Assembly (NCBI RefSeq): GCF_963921235.1
Contig: NC_086098.1
Location: forward strand, 3,534,001-3,598,000
DNA length: 64,000 nucleotides
Reading direction: 5' to 3'
Source: Mobula hypostoma
Taxonomy: Eukaryota
Below the pieces are notes generated by a model. The model did not search any database. It worked only from the letters and a program-made list of their open reading frames with translations, and had not been told where the DNA came from. Positions within the stretch are counted from its first letter, which is position 1. Each line of letters opens with the position of its first letter. Shown one piece after another: positions 23,515 to 35,639 of the stretch. The translations under genes were made by a program, and so were the position numbers.

Positions 23515-24800
23515 TGTAGACTCCTGTGAACCCAGTTGCGGACTTCAGGAAGTCACAGGTTGACCATCAATGGATCTGCTGTGGCGAGAGGGAAGAGCAC
23601 AAAGTTCTTTGGCGTGCACATAATGGGGAATCGAACTGGGACCCACAACACTTCCTCACTAGTCAAGAAGGCACAGCAGCATCTACACCTCCAGAGAACA
23701 CTGAGGCGTGCAAGGCTCCCCACTCCTACTCTAACAACTTTCTACAGGAGCACCATCAAGAGCATCCAGTCTGGCCACATCGTTGTGTGAGACGGAAGCT
23801 GTAAGGCATCGCACCGCAAGACTCTACAGAGGACAGTAAAAACTGCCAAGAAGACCACCAGGGTCTCCCTCCCTCCTATTTAGCAGGAGCATCGTAGACA
23901 AAGGGCCCAAAGCATTGTTGATGATCCCTACCACCCATCTCACAACCTCTTTGATTGTGTAGTCGCGATGTAATGATGCAGCTCTATAAAACTCTGGTTC
24001 GGCCACACTTGGAGTACTGTGTTCAGTTCTGTCGCCTCACTATAGGAAGGATGTGGAAGTATTGGAAAGGGTACAGAGGAGATTTACCAGGATGCTGCCT
24101 GGTTTAGAAAGTATGCATTATGATCAGAGATTAGGGGAGATAGGGCTTTACTCTTTGGAGAGAAGGAGGATGAGAGGAGACATGATAGAGGTGTACAAGA
24201 TAATAAGAGGAATAGATAGAGTGGATAGCCAGTGCCTCTTCCCCAGGGCACCACTGCTCAATACAAGAGGACATGGCTTTAAGGTAAGGGGTGGGAAGTT
24301 CAAGGGGGATATTAGAGGAAGGTTTTTTACTCAGAGAGTGGTTGGTGCGTGGAATGCACTGCCTGAGTCAGTGGTGGAGGCAGATACACTAGTGAAGTTT
24401 AAGAGACTACTAGACAGGTATATGGAGGAATCTAAGGTGGGGGCTTATATGGGAGGCGGGATTTGAGGGTCGGCACAACATTGTGGGCCGAAGGGTCTGT
24501 ACTGCGCTGTACTATTCTATGTTCTATGTTCTATGTTCTATATTCTTCCCTCAGGCTGTGAGACTGATGAAATACCCTGCCACCATCAAGATTTTGCCTC
24601 TAGGATAGCGAGTTGCTTGCAGTTTACTATTCACAGTTTATGCATGCATTTTGAATTGTATTTTATTAACTTATTTATGGTAATATCTTGTTTTATGTGC
24701 AGTGTGTGATATATGTCTTGTGGGTGCACTGTGGTCCAGAGGAACTTTGCTTTGTTTGGTTGCATACATGTACAGTCAGATGGCAATCAACTTGAACTTA
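23515..24800 (+). mobile_element. Rex1/Babar LINE split by a CR1 insertion
   Basis: TKFFGVHI..VKKAQQHLH..LTTFYRSTIKSI; resumes TTCTTCCCTCAGGCTGTGAGACTG at 24543. Confidence 0.85.
23955..24545 (+). mobile_element. CR1 LINE 3' end (little decayed)
   Basis: 137-aa ORF2 C-terminus LERVQRRFTRMLPGL...FFTQRVVGAWNALP; (TTCTATG)n tail. Confidence 0.93.
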
Positions 24801-26050
24801 AATCCACTACTTCTTCCAACAGCTCATTCCATACTCTCACCACTCTCTGAGTGAAGAAGTTCCCCCTTATGTTTTCCTTCAACATTTCAACTTTCACCCT
24901 TAACCAATGACTTCTACTTCTAGTCTCATCCAATCTCAGTGGAAAAAGCCTGCTTGCATTTACCCTGACCTATACCTCTCAAAAGTTTGTGCATACCTCT
25001 ATCAAATCTCCTCCAAATCTTCTACATTCTAGCAAATAAAGTCCTAACCTATTCAACACTTCCCTATAACTCAAGTTCACAAGTCCTGGCAACATCATTG
25101 TAAATTTTCTCCGCACTTTTTCATCTTATTGTTATCTTTCCTGTGGGGAAGTGACCAAAACTGCATACAATACTCCAAATTAGGCTTCACCAACATCTTA
25201 TATAACTCCAATATATCATCCCAACTCCTGTACTTGATACTTTGATTTATGAAGGCCAATATGCCGAAAGCTCTCCTAATGACCCTATCTACCTGTGACA
25301 CCACCTTCAAGGAATTATGGACCTGTATTCCCAGACCTCTTTGTTCTACCTCACTCCTCAGTACTCTACTGCTCACTGTGTAAGTTCTACCCCAGTTGGT
25401 CCTACCAAAGTGCAATGCCTCACACTTGTTTATATTAAAGTCCATCTGCCATTTTGCAGCCCATATTTCCAGATGGTCCGAATCCTGCTGCAAGCTTTGT
25501 GATAGTCTTCCTCGCTGTCCACTACACCTCCAATCTTGGTGTCATCTGCAAATTTGCAGATCCAATTTACTACATGATCATCTAGATCATTGGCATCAAT
25601 GACAAACAACAGCGGAACCGGGACCAATGTGGCACAACACTAGTCACAGGCCTCCAGTCAGAGAGGCAATCATCTACTACCTCTCTCTGGCTTCTTCCAC
25701 AAAGCCAATGTCTAATCCAATTTACTACCTCATCCTGAATGTCAAGTGGCTGAACTTTCTTGATGAACCTCCCATAAGGACCTTGTCAAAGGCCTTGCTG
25801 AAATCCATATAAACCAAATTCACTGCCTTGCCTTCATCAACCTACCTGCTAGCTTCCTCAAAAAATGCTATAAGATTGGTTACGCATATCCTACCACTCA
25901 CAAATCCATGTTGACTATCCTTAATCAGTTCCTGTCTATCTAAATACTTATATATCCAGTCCCTTAGAATACTTTCCAATAATTTTAACATGACTGATGT
26001 CCAGCTCACCAGCCTATAATTTCCCTGCTTATCTTTAGAGCCTTTCTTAA
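24800..26050 (-). mobile_element. CR1 LINE RT fragment
   Basis: ICKFADDTKIGGVVD, WQMDFNINKC, LYKMLVKPNLEYCMQFWS. Confidence 0.9.
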
Positions 26051-26164
26051 AGGTTGTTGTGGTAAATGAATAAATCTGAATCTGAATCTAAAACAAGGTC
26101 TCTTTTCCCTCTAAGACATGTCTAAAAGTATTCCATAGCTTCACCTGAAGATCATGAGGGTGTC

Positions 26165-26542
26165 ATCATCATCATTATGTGTTGTGTCATATGACATCAT
26201 CATTATGTGCCATGTCATATGAAATTGCTGATCATGGTCTTTGACCATGATTGCTCTTCGCACAGAAGTAGTTTGACATCACCTCCTTCTGGGCAGTGTC
26301 TTTACAAGACGGGTGACCCAGCCATTATCAGTATCTTCAAAGGTTGTCCGCCTGGTGTCAGTAGTTGCATAACCAGAACTTGTGATCTGCACCAGCTGCT
26401 CTCATGGCTTAACATGACCATGATCGGGTGGGGAGGGGGCGAAGCAGCTGCTACACTTTGCCCAAGGGTGACCTGCAGGCTGCAGGCTAGTGGAGGGAAA
26501 GAGCACCTTACACCTCCTTTGGTGGAGACATATCTCCACCCA
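26165..26542 (-). mobile_element. RTE-related non-autonomous retroposon/SINE
   Basis: (GAT)n-type tail; AGAAGTAGTTTGACATCACCTCC resembles RTE-associated SINE cores (recalled). Confidence 0.45.
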
Positions 26543-26569
26543 ACATGAAGATGTACACCCCAGTATTTA

Positions 26570-26770
26570 TTTATCCATTAAATCTGATGACTAGAACAGA
26601 TTGGGTCATTTCTATCACAGTTCTTTATCAGATTTGTTTTTGAGAAAATTAGCCAGAGACTTCTCTATATCACCAGAGTGACAAAACTGCAAAAGTATTT
26701 ATTAGCTATAATGTACTTTGGAATGCCTTAGAGTCATTAGATAGATTTATACGAATGCAAGACATTCTTT
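26570..26770 (+). mobile_element. Ancient Deu-type SINE 3' relic
   Basis: CAGAGTGACAAAACTGCAAAAGTATTTATTAGCTATAATGTACTTTGGAATG...ATACGAATGCAAG resembles the AmnSINE/SacSINE tail. Confidence 0.5.
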
Positions 26771-27104
26771 TCTAAATGAACAGATAATCGAAGGCTGAGT
26801 TGCAAACATCTCAAAGGAAGGCTGTCGATTTTCAGTAGCAGAGACATTGCTGACAATGCCTGTGCATTTACAGTACATTAACATCAGAAATGACATGTAA
26901 TATTTTAAATACGCAGTTACTTTTCTCAAGTGTTCTGGCCACACCACATAAAACAGTCCGTGCATTCTACACACAAAAGGTACAGATGCCTTATCAAAAG
27001 TCTTCAAAAGTTGCACAAATTTGTTGCTAATTAAGAAAAAATATAAAGAATTATTTCTGTCTCTTTCAAAGTGCATCTATATACTAAGTAGAAAACAAAG
27101 TGCT

Positions 27105-28048
27105 ATCAACCACACCACCATCCAGGTCATGCTCTATCTTCGTTCTTACCATCAGGAAGGAGGTACAGAGCCTTAGGTCCCACACCCCCAGGTTTAGGAC
27201 CAATTATTACCCTTCAATCATCAGGCTCCTGAACCAGCATGGATAACTTCACTCACCACAACCTGAACTGGTCACTGAACAAAACCTATGGACTCACTTT
27301 TAAGGACTCTATGACTCATGTTCTCTGAATTATTTATTTATTCATTTATCAACCTCTCTCTATTGATTGATTGATTTATTTATCTCAGCTCAAGCTGATA
27401 ACACCTGAGGTATGGGTATAGCCAAGCACACTCATATAACTTCTAGGAACTTTCAGTCTATTCTCCTGCTGTTTAGTACTATGGCTTTCTGAAGATTTAC
27501 ATAGATATTACTGTGTAGGCCTAATTGTTTAATACTATTGTGAAGTGCCTTTGGGATGACACTAGTTGTATATTTTACTATCGTGACAATGTATACCCTG
27601 TTCATGTTCCAAAGTCTTTCAGTTTCCTCTTTTAATTCATCATATTTCTGTGATTTTTCACCGATTGATTTCTGTATGTTATGTGTGCTTGGAATGGCTA
27701 TGTCTATTAAGTAAGTTGTTCTTGCTTGTTTATCTTGTATTATGATATCCGGACAGTTATTATGGATGATCCTGTCTGTACTAATGGATAGGTCAAAATA
27801 TAATGTGTAGGACTTTAATTCTAATCCTGAACCAGGCTTATATTTGTTTTTATTATTGTTATGTTTTGTACTGCACAGTTTGGCTTCTTTTGCACAGTGG
27901 CTGCGGGACTTCGTGTGTAGCTTGTTAATGATTCTATTCTATTTCTTCATTCTACTGTGAATGCCTGCAAGAAAATGAATCTCAGGGTAGTATGTGGTTA
28001 CACATGCAGTACGTATTTTGATAATAAATTTTCTTCAAACTTCAAAGT
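27105..28048 (+). mobile_element. Rex1/Babar LINE 3' end split by an R4/Dong insertion
   Basis: HHPGHALSSFLPSGRRYR; UTR interrupted at ~27384 and resuming at ~27846. Confidence 0.8.
27384..27846 (-). mobile_element. R4/Dong-clade non-LTR retrotransposon 3' end (REL endonuclease)
   Basis: Hand translation 27845->27454, stop-free for ~130 aa: KYKP..LYFDLSISTDRIIHNNCPDIIIQDKQARTTYLIDIAIPSTHNIQKSIGEKSQKYDELKEETERLW..VIPKALHNSIKQLGL..LQKAIVLN. Confidence 0.85.
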
Positions 28049-28984
28049 ATAGTGACAGCTATAATTTTGGATCTACCTGTCAGTGTTGACACTCACCTGA
28101 TGTGATTAGCATGGGCAAAGCCCAGAAAGTTTAAGATTTTGGTCTTCACAGCACCAATATAACTTTCTGCATTTCAGTATTTTCTCATTTTGTATGTTCG
28201 CAGAAATATGAAAAGATAATCCTTTCTTATATCCTGCTTGATATGAAAACCACGAGAGTTTTTGACAGATGGTTTGATGAATTCCAAAAATTTATTTTCC
28301 CAATCCAAAAATACAACAGAAAGGGGATAACATAATACAGCACTTGTTTACATGTTATGTTCCTGAGCCTTTCAGGCTGTTTGTGTTAGAAAACATATTT
28401 GCTGAGAAGAGAGAAATAGCATATTTTCCCAGGATTATCCATCAAAATTGAGTTGTCTACAAAAAATATGTTGGGGCGACTTTTTATTGTCACCTGGTGA
28501 CACGTGGTTTAGAACTTTGCTTCCTTCCTGCTGAATTTGTGCAGAATTTTAACTTCTGATACCCTTCATGGTTTACAGAGGCCTGATCAGTAGATTTAGC
28601 CCTCAGCCCTGCAGCTGAAGTTATACGGTCTCTAGCATCACAGCAGGGTACCACAGCTTGACAAAGCACTAGAAGAATTATAGTTCCTGGGGTTCAGGGA
28701 GCCTGTGGAGGACGGGAGGCTAATCAATCTTCTTGTTCACTCAGACATATCACAGTAGATGCTATTCCTGCCATTTCATGGAATGATGGAGAACGAAGAC
28801 TTTGTGGGTCACAAAAGGCAGTTAAGTTTTAATGCACATAAGCACAGTTGTGAGAAAGGGCTATGTTCTGTTTATTCGTCGGTTAAATAAGTGCAGATAC
28901 CATTGTGAATGAGAATGAATAACATCAGCAAATTCATAAATTGTTAGATGGTTCAGTGACATGTTCAAATCATTAACAAGTCTG

Positions 28985-29800
28985 CAATCAGAAATTCAGA
29001 ATCAGTTTTAATATCACTGGCATTAGTCATGAAATTTGTTGTTCATTGCAATACATAAATTACAATAAGAAGTATATTGTGTGTATATCTAAAATAAATA
29101 GTGCAAAAAGAGAGCAAAAAAAGAAAAAAATTAGTGAGGTATTATACGTGGGTTCATTGTCCATTCAGAAATCTGATGGCAGAGGGGAAGAAGCTGTTCC
29201 TGAAATGTTAAGTATGTGTCTTCAGACTCCTACACTTCCTCCTTGATGGTAGCAATGAGGAGAGGGCATGTCCTGGTTGGTGGGGGTCCTTAATAATGGA
29301 TGCTGTCTTTTGAGGGTGTCCTCAATTATCCAGCTACGACAATAAAAAGCTGATGCATTAAAGAAAAACACTGGGCATTGACAGGCATTGACAGGCAATT
29401 TAAGCCCAGGGATTTCCATAAAGTTGTCAGGACTCTGTAATATCCAAGATATCTTCAAGGAGCGGTGCCTCAGAAAAGCGGCTTCCATCATCAAGGGCCC
29501 CCACCACCCAGTGCTCTCTTCTCACAGTTTACCGTCAGGAAGGAGGTACAGAAGCCTGAAGACACAAACTCAGCGTTTCAGGAACCGCTTCTTCCCCTCC
29601 GCTAGTCAATTCCTGAATGGACAAAGAACCATACATACAACCTCACTATTTTTTAAATGAGTTTTTTGCACTACCTATCTTAAATTAACTATCTAGTACA
29701 TATATACTTACTGTAATTCAGTATTTCTGTTTATTTATCATATATTACACTGTACTGCTGCCGCAAAGTTAACAAATTGCACGACGTATGCCTGATTCTG
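28985..29800. mobile_element. Two Rex1/Babar fragments head-to-head (28985-29320 -, 29420-29800 +)
   Basis: IQDIFKERCLRKAASIIKGPHHP..PSGRRYRSLKTQTQRFRNRFFPSA on +; mirror block on -. Confidence 0.85.
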
Positions 29801-29889
29801 AGGAAAATCGCGGGAAGCAGGGTCAGAAGTATTTACCAGCTAGCTTGGAGAACTTGTGAAACTTTTGGTTCTATCAATCAACGGTTCTT

Positions 29890-30190
29890 AGTTTATTTAA
29901 TTTATCTATTTGAAGATACAGCACAGAACAGTGCCTTCCGGCCTAACGAGTGACACCACCCAGCACCCGCCTCGGTCCACTCACAGGACAAGTGAGCATC
30001 CTAGTCCACTCACAGGACAATTTACACTGACCAAGTAACCTACTAACCAGTACAGTGTTGGAGTGTGGGAGGAAACCAGAGCTCCTGGAGGAAACCCACG
30101 TGGTCACAGAGAACGTGCAAACTCCTCAGAGACGGCACTGGAGCTGAACTGTGGATGCCAGAATGCCCTGAGTCACACGAACACTATGGC
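29890..30190 (-). mobile_element. V-SINE
   Basis: GTGGGAGGAAACCAGAGCTCCTGGAGGAAACCCACG (reverse V core). Confidence 0.8.
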
Positions 30191-30594
30191 ACCCTCCGGT
30201 GCAAAGATCCAATACTTAAGCAGCTAAGAATGAGTATAATAATTGTTATTCAATACTTCTTCACAAGGCTTCTGTGCTGATTTACACAAAGAATACATTA
30301 TAAATGCCATCCTGACATAATTGTATCTTCTTCAGCCATTCTCCTATTTTATCCATATCTAATTTACTACAGACTGTATCATTTTATTTCAGTGTCAGTG
30401 CATGGTGGGAGAAAATAAAATCATTTTTGTTCCATTTCCACAAAAGCATTCTAGCAAAATTAGTGTAAATCATACTGCCTCCATAACAACATCTTAGTTC
30501 ATCGGCAAGATGGCTTCAGATCTTTCCTAGCTGTGTGAAACGCTTATTTGACACCTCAGCAATGTGCACCTGTAAATACTAGAGAGAATGACAT

Positions 30595-31785
30595 CAAAGT
30601 TCAAACTAAATTTATCAGCGAAGTACATACATGTCACCATATATAACCTTGAGAGTTATTTTCTTGCAGGCATTCATAGTATAACAAAGAAATACAAGAG
30701 CTGAATAAAAAACTTACACACAAAGACAGGCAAACAACCAACGTGCAAAGGAAGACAAACTGTGGAATTACAGAAAAAATATCAATTAATAACAATAAAT
30801 AAATAGCAAATAAATAATACTGAAAACATGAGTTGCAGAGTCCTTGAAAGTGAGTCCGTAGGTGGTGGGAACATTTCAGTGAAATTGAGTGAAGTTATCC
30901 CTTTTGATTCAACAGCCTGATGATTGAGGGGTAATAACTGTTCCTGAACCTGGTGCTGTGAATCCTGCAGCTCCTGTATCTCCTTCCTGATGGCAGGAGC
31001 AAGAAGAGGGAATGCCCTGATGGGGTCCTTGATGATAGACCATCACAGGTAAAGCTCTCCCCACCATTCAGCACATTGACATGAAGCACTGTCACAGGAA
31101 ACAGCATCCATCAACAGAGACACCCACCACCCAGGTGGTGCTCTCTTCTTGCTGTTGCCATCAGGAAGAAGGTGCAAGAGCCTCAGGACTCACACTACCT
31201 GGTTCAGGAACAGCTATTACCCCTCAATGATCAGGCTCTTGAAACTCAACTCAATTTCACTTGCCCCATCACTGAAGTATTCCCACAACCAATGGATTCA
31301 CTTCCAAGCACTCTTCATATCATGCTCTCGACATTTGGGGGGGGAACGTCGACTCAGACCATGCGAGGCCTTGCCTTACAAGGCACAGATTGGAAGCCCT
31401 GACATTTACTACTTAGTTATTTATTATTATTAATTCTTTCTTTGTGTCTTTGCACAGTTTGATGTCTTTTGCACTCTGGTTAACGTAGTCTTTCTTTGAT
31501 TCTATTATTATTATTATTCTACTATGAATTTATTGAGTATGCCTGCAAGTAAACAAATTTCCGGATTTATACTGTGACAGATGTATTTTGGTAATATAAA
31601 TTTACTTTGAACTTCTGTGGCTGCTGCTTTCCTGCGACAGCTCTCAATGTAGATGTATTCAATGGAGGGGAGGGCTTGAAAGTGAGTCCGTAGGTTGTGG
31701 AATAGTTTGGTGTTCAATAGTTCAATTTCAGTGAAATTGTCTCTGCTGGTTCAGGAGGCTGGTGGCTGAAGGGTAATACTGTTAG
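30595..31785. mobile_element. Rex1/Babar fragments: 30595-31035 (-), 31036-31615 (+), 31615-31785 (-)
   Basis: LLPSGRRYRSCRIHSTRFRNSYYPSIIRLLN (-) abutting LLPSGRRCKSLRTHTTWFRNSYYPSMIRLL (+). Confidence 0.85.
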
Positions 31786-32224
31786 GTTGAAGGGGAATTT
31801 GTTAGCTTGGTCAAGGGGAAGCTGTATGGAGAGACAGTTCTCACAACCATTACCTTTCTCACCCACTAACCCTCATTTTCCAACTGAGTTCAATAGCAGA
31901 GAAACATTGAGTTCTCTCTCCCTCTGTTCACACACAGTACCGGTGCATGGAAAGCACATTATAATACTTCCATCACGTTAAAACAGCAGGGGAAATCTGA
32001 TAGCAATTACAAAAGAAATCTACGAAAGTTGTCTTATTCTGTCTGAATATATTTGTTTTAACTGTGAGGCCACTAAGATGGTCTCTCTGCCGTCCCAGCT
32101 CAGGCAGTCAGTGCACCAGTGCACAGATGAGGTGACCCTGCCGATAAGAGAAGGTCAGCTCATTTGAATAGCTTTCCAGCTGGGAGGAGTGTATCAGCCT
32201 GCCTGCATGATGGAGATGAATTAA

Positions 32225-32610
32225 AATACTGCAGTGATGGGGATACGTTTGCCTTTCACCTCTGGGAACTGAGTTCAAATCCAGCCTAGATTGATAGGAT
32301 GAAAGTCTCCTGTGTGCCTGCTCATTGGAAAGGCCCTTGCGTGAAATAAGTTTGGGCAGTCTCAATCCACTTTCTAATCGGCACGGTGCCTACAGCACAA
32401 AACTGTCCCTAATTGGTCTGCTCATTCCGTGAGGCCACAGGGTGGCTGGTGTGGGAAATGAGGGGAGAGAAAGGCACATTGGTGCTTTGTGGGGTCCTCC
32501 AAGGAACACTTCTGGGGTGAGTCCAGGGAACTACATAATGCACTGTGCTTGGCTTTCACTTGCCAGAGCAGAGGAAGGGAGCTCAGTCTTTTAACATCTT
32601 TCACCTTTGA
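32225..32610 (+). mobile_element. LF-SINE-like ancient SINE relic
   Basis: Colinear blocks GCCTTTCACCTCTGGGAACTGAGTTCAAATCCAGCC, GAAAGTC, GTGAAATAAGTTTGGGCAGTCTCAATCCA, CACAAAAC, CTAATTGG, AGGCACATTGG match the LF-SINE consensus as I recall it. Confidence 0.7.
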
Positions 32611-32879
32611 TGAAGGCAAAACGATGTAAGAATATAATGAAACAAAAAACTGATAAAATCAAAAGCAACATGAATGAATAACTGCACAGACCATTAGAAT
32701 ATATATGAATAAATGGAGTTCTAACAGTCTGAATAGTATAGTCTCTAAAACCTTTGATATGTTTCTCTGCCTTACATGAAGGTAAAATTATCTTTTCAGT
32801 CTGAGATAGTTAATTTGCTAGTTTCTATAGTAAAATTAAAAGCAGTCAAAATCACGCCACAATAAATAATCTATCTTAA

Positions 32880-33180
32880 ATATAAGACTTATGGACTCAT
32901 ATAAGCAGAATTAGGCATTTCGGCCCATCGAGTCTCCTCCGCATTCCCTCATCCTGACTCATTATCCTTCTCAACCCCACTCTCCTGCCTTCTCCCTGCA
33001 TCCTTTGACAACCCTAACTAATCAAGTACCTATCAACCTCCACTCTAAATATACCCAATGACTTGCTCTCCACAGCCGGTTTTGGCAATGAGTTCGATAT
33101 ACTCACCACCTTCTGGCTAAAGAAATTCCTCCTCACCTCTATTCTAAAGGGATGTCCTTATATTCTGAGTCTCGGCCCTC
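32880..33180 (-). mobile_element. CR1 3' UTR/tail
   Basis: GGCCCATCGAGTCT..., CTGGCTAAAGAAATTCCTCCTCA. Confidence 0.8.
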
Positions 33181-33259
33181 AAATAAGTGTACAAGCTCCT
33201 TACGGAGAGACGCAGGAGTCAAACCCTGATTGCTGATACTGTAGAGCAAGAGCGAACTA

Positions 33260-33502
33260 GTGTTTTCTGTTGTGATTTGGGCCCACACAATGAGGATCTG
33301 GTGTTTTCTATTCTGTTTTGGACCCACACAGTAGGATCTAGTGTTTTCTATTCTGATTTGAACTCACACAGTGAGGATCTGGTGTTTTCTATTCTGATTT
33401 GGGCCCACACAGTGAGGATCTGGTGTTTTCTATGCTGATTTGGGCCCACACAGTGAGGATCTGGTGTTTTCTATTCTGATTTGGACCCACACAGTGAGGA
33501 TC
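33260..33502. repeat. 41-bp minisatellite, about 6 units
   Basis: GTGTTTTCTATTCTGATTTGGGCCCACACAGTGAGGATCTG at 33301, 33341, 33382, 33423, 33464. Confidence 0.95.
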
Positions 33503-34049
33503 TCAGCAATCTTCCAAGATTCAGCCTGTAAAATCCTACTGTCCTCTGTACCTTCTGCACAATACACATTTCCCCCACCCCACCCATCTCACCGAGATCG
33601 TTATTGAAACAAAAGAGAGTTTTACAGCAATTGATTTTCAAGGAGGAGTGGATGGTGAAATGGGTTTGTTAATATTCAGAGGGCGGTCAGATGTAGAAAG
33701 AAAACAAAACTACTGTTGAACAGATGAATGCACCATTGTAATATGTGGAACTCAAAACATCTTCACAGAGATCAAAGTAGATTAAAAAAAAACAACTCAA
33801 GAAAGACTGGAAAATGTTTTTCGCATGCAAGGCAAGGAAGAAAAGATAACTGAAAGGAAGAGAGTGAAATTAGCCAGAATAAAGATGGCAAAATACATTG
33901 CCTGCTGTGTCATTCAGGTGATCTCTGTACCATGTAGGCATTGCAGTTCTCTGCAAATTCAGCTGCTATCAAGATCACTGAAGCACAGTGAAATGAATCA
34001 GACAAAGATTTCTCAACTTATGCTTTCACAAAAAAAAAATGAGTACTTA

Positions 34050-34719
34050 AATTCAGGCGACTTTATTCAGTAACTCCTGTATGTAATAGAGTATATGTTC
34101 CTGGTCTTCTGTTGCCGTAGCCCACCCACTTCAAGGTTTGATGTGTTGTGCATTCAGAGATGCTCTTCTGCACACCACTGTCGTAATGTGTGGTTATTTG
34201 AGTTACTGTCACCTTCCTGTCAGCTTGAATCAGTCTGGCTATCCTCCTCTGACTTCTCTCATTAACAAGGTATTTTCAGCCACAGAACTGCCACTAACTG
34301 GGTGTTCGTGTTTTGTGCACCATTCTCTGTAAACTCTAGAGACTGTTGTGCATGAAATTCAATTTCTGAGACACTCAAACCACTCTGCTTGGCACCTCCA
34401 ACAAAAGAAAATCTGCTGATTGCTGGAAATCAGAGCAACACACACAAAATGCTGGAGGAACTCGGAAGGCCAGGCAGCACCTATTGGACCAGAGTAAACA
34501 GTTGATGTTTCAGGCTGAGACCTTTCATCACGACCTGTTTGGCACCAACAAACTTTCCACAGTCAGAGTCACTTAGATCACACTTTTGATCTGAACACCT
34601 GAACCTCTTGACCATGTCTGCATGCTTTTCTGCATTGAGTTCCTGCTACGTGTTGGCTAATTAGTTATTTGCATTAATGAGCAGGTATACAGTATGCCCG
34701 ATAAAATGGCCACTGAGTG
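34050..34719 (-). mobile_element. Tc1 deletion derivative with a Penelope-type repeat inserted (~34400-34535)
   Basis: Same internal sequence as the other Tc1 copies; ends ATAAAATGGCCACTGAGTG. Confidence 0.85.
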
Positions 34720-34754
34720 TGTATCACAAGGCAGCTTTGATCACAACAATGAGC

Positions 34755-35245
34755 ACCATTCGGATGTTTCGATGACAAACTCTGCCATCTTCATCAGGGC
34801 TGATGCCTAGACATCCAGTAGTGTGGCATATGTACCCCTGTCATCTGCCCTCCTGATTGCTCAGTCCTCATCCAATAAGATTTCCACTGTCCCACCTTGT
34901 TTACAATCAAATTCCTGTTCTTACTGAGAGCGAGACCTTTGTCTTTCTTCAAAATTCTTTTCTTCCAGTTTTATTTCAATGGCTCCTTTACCAGGCAGTC
35001 CCAAAAGCCATTGGCGCGGCACAATGGTTTTGTGCCATCGAAGTCAACCTTTGGTCATTGCGTATGCAATATTCCACTTCTGCTGATTTCTCTGTGTAAC
35101 CCAAATGAATACACTTCCTGTGCTCCTTGATGCGGGTTTCCACTGTGCATCCTGTATGGCCGATTAACGCTACCCGCATTCACAGGGAATCCTGTAAACA
35201 ATCACCGACTTGAGTCCCAGGTCATATTTGACCCGCATATGCTGC
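34755..35245 (-). mobile_element. Penelope/Poseidon-type element 3' end (GIY-YIG remnant + hammerhead motif at 34761-34800)
   Basis: VYRIPCECG, IGHTGCTVETRIKEHR, EKSAEVEYC; CUGAUGA-A-GAUGGCAG(AGU)UUGUCAUC-GAAAC. Confidence 0.85.
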
Positions 35246-35639
35246 GATTTTTTAGATTATGAGAACACTCAGTCCTCGTTTATTGTCATTTAAAAATGCA
35301 TGCATGCATTAAGAAATGATACAATGTTCCTCCAGAGTGATATCACAGAAAACAGGACAAACCAAAGACTAACACTGACAGATCCACATAATTATAACAT
35401 ATAGTTACAACAGTGCAAAGCAATACTGTAATTTGATAAAGAACAGACCAGGGGAACGGTAAAAAAAAAGTCTCAAAGTCCCGAATCGATCAACTCCCGA
35501 GTCCCCGATAGCAGGCAGCAAAGGGAGAAACTCCCTGCCATGAACCTCCAGCTTTGACCTTCCTTATGGGTTTCTGGGTGGTATTAATCTGGAATTTCCT
35601 CAGGATCCTGGAGATCCTTGCAGATATTTCAATAATACA

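Noticed and set aside
28488..28502. Palindrome TGTCACC-T-GGTGACA
   Set aside because: 7-bp arms are expected by chance in 64 kb; no TSD or further context
29388..29660. Host gene resembling the DUF1891/ALKBH8 N-terminal annotation
   Set aside because: This peptide family is the Rex1/Babar RT C-terminus, present in many decayed copies here
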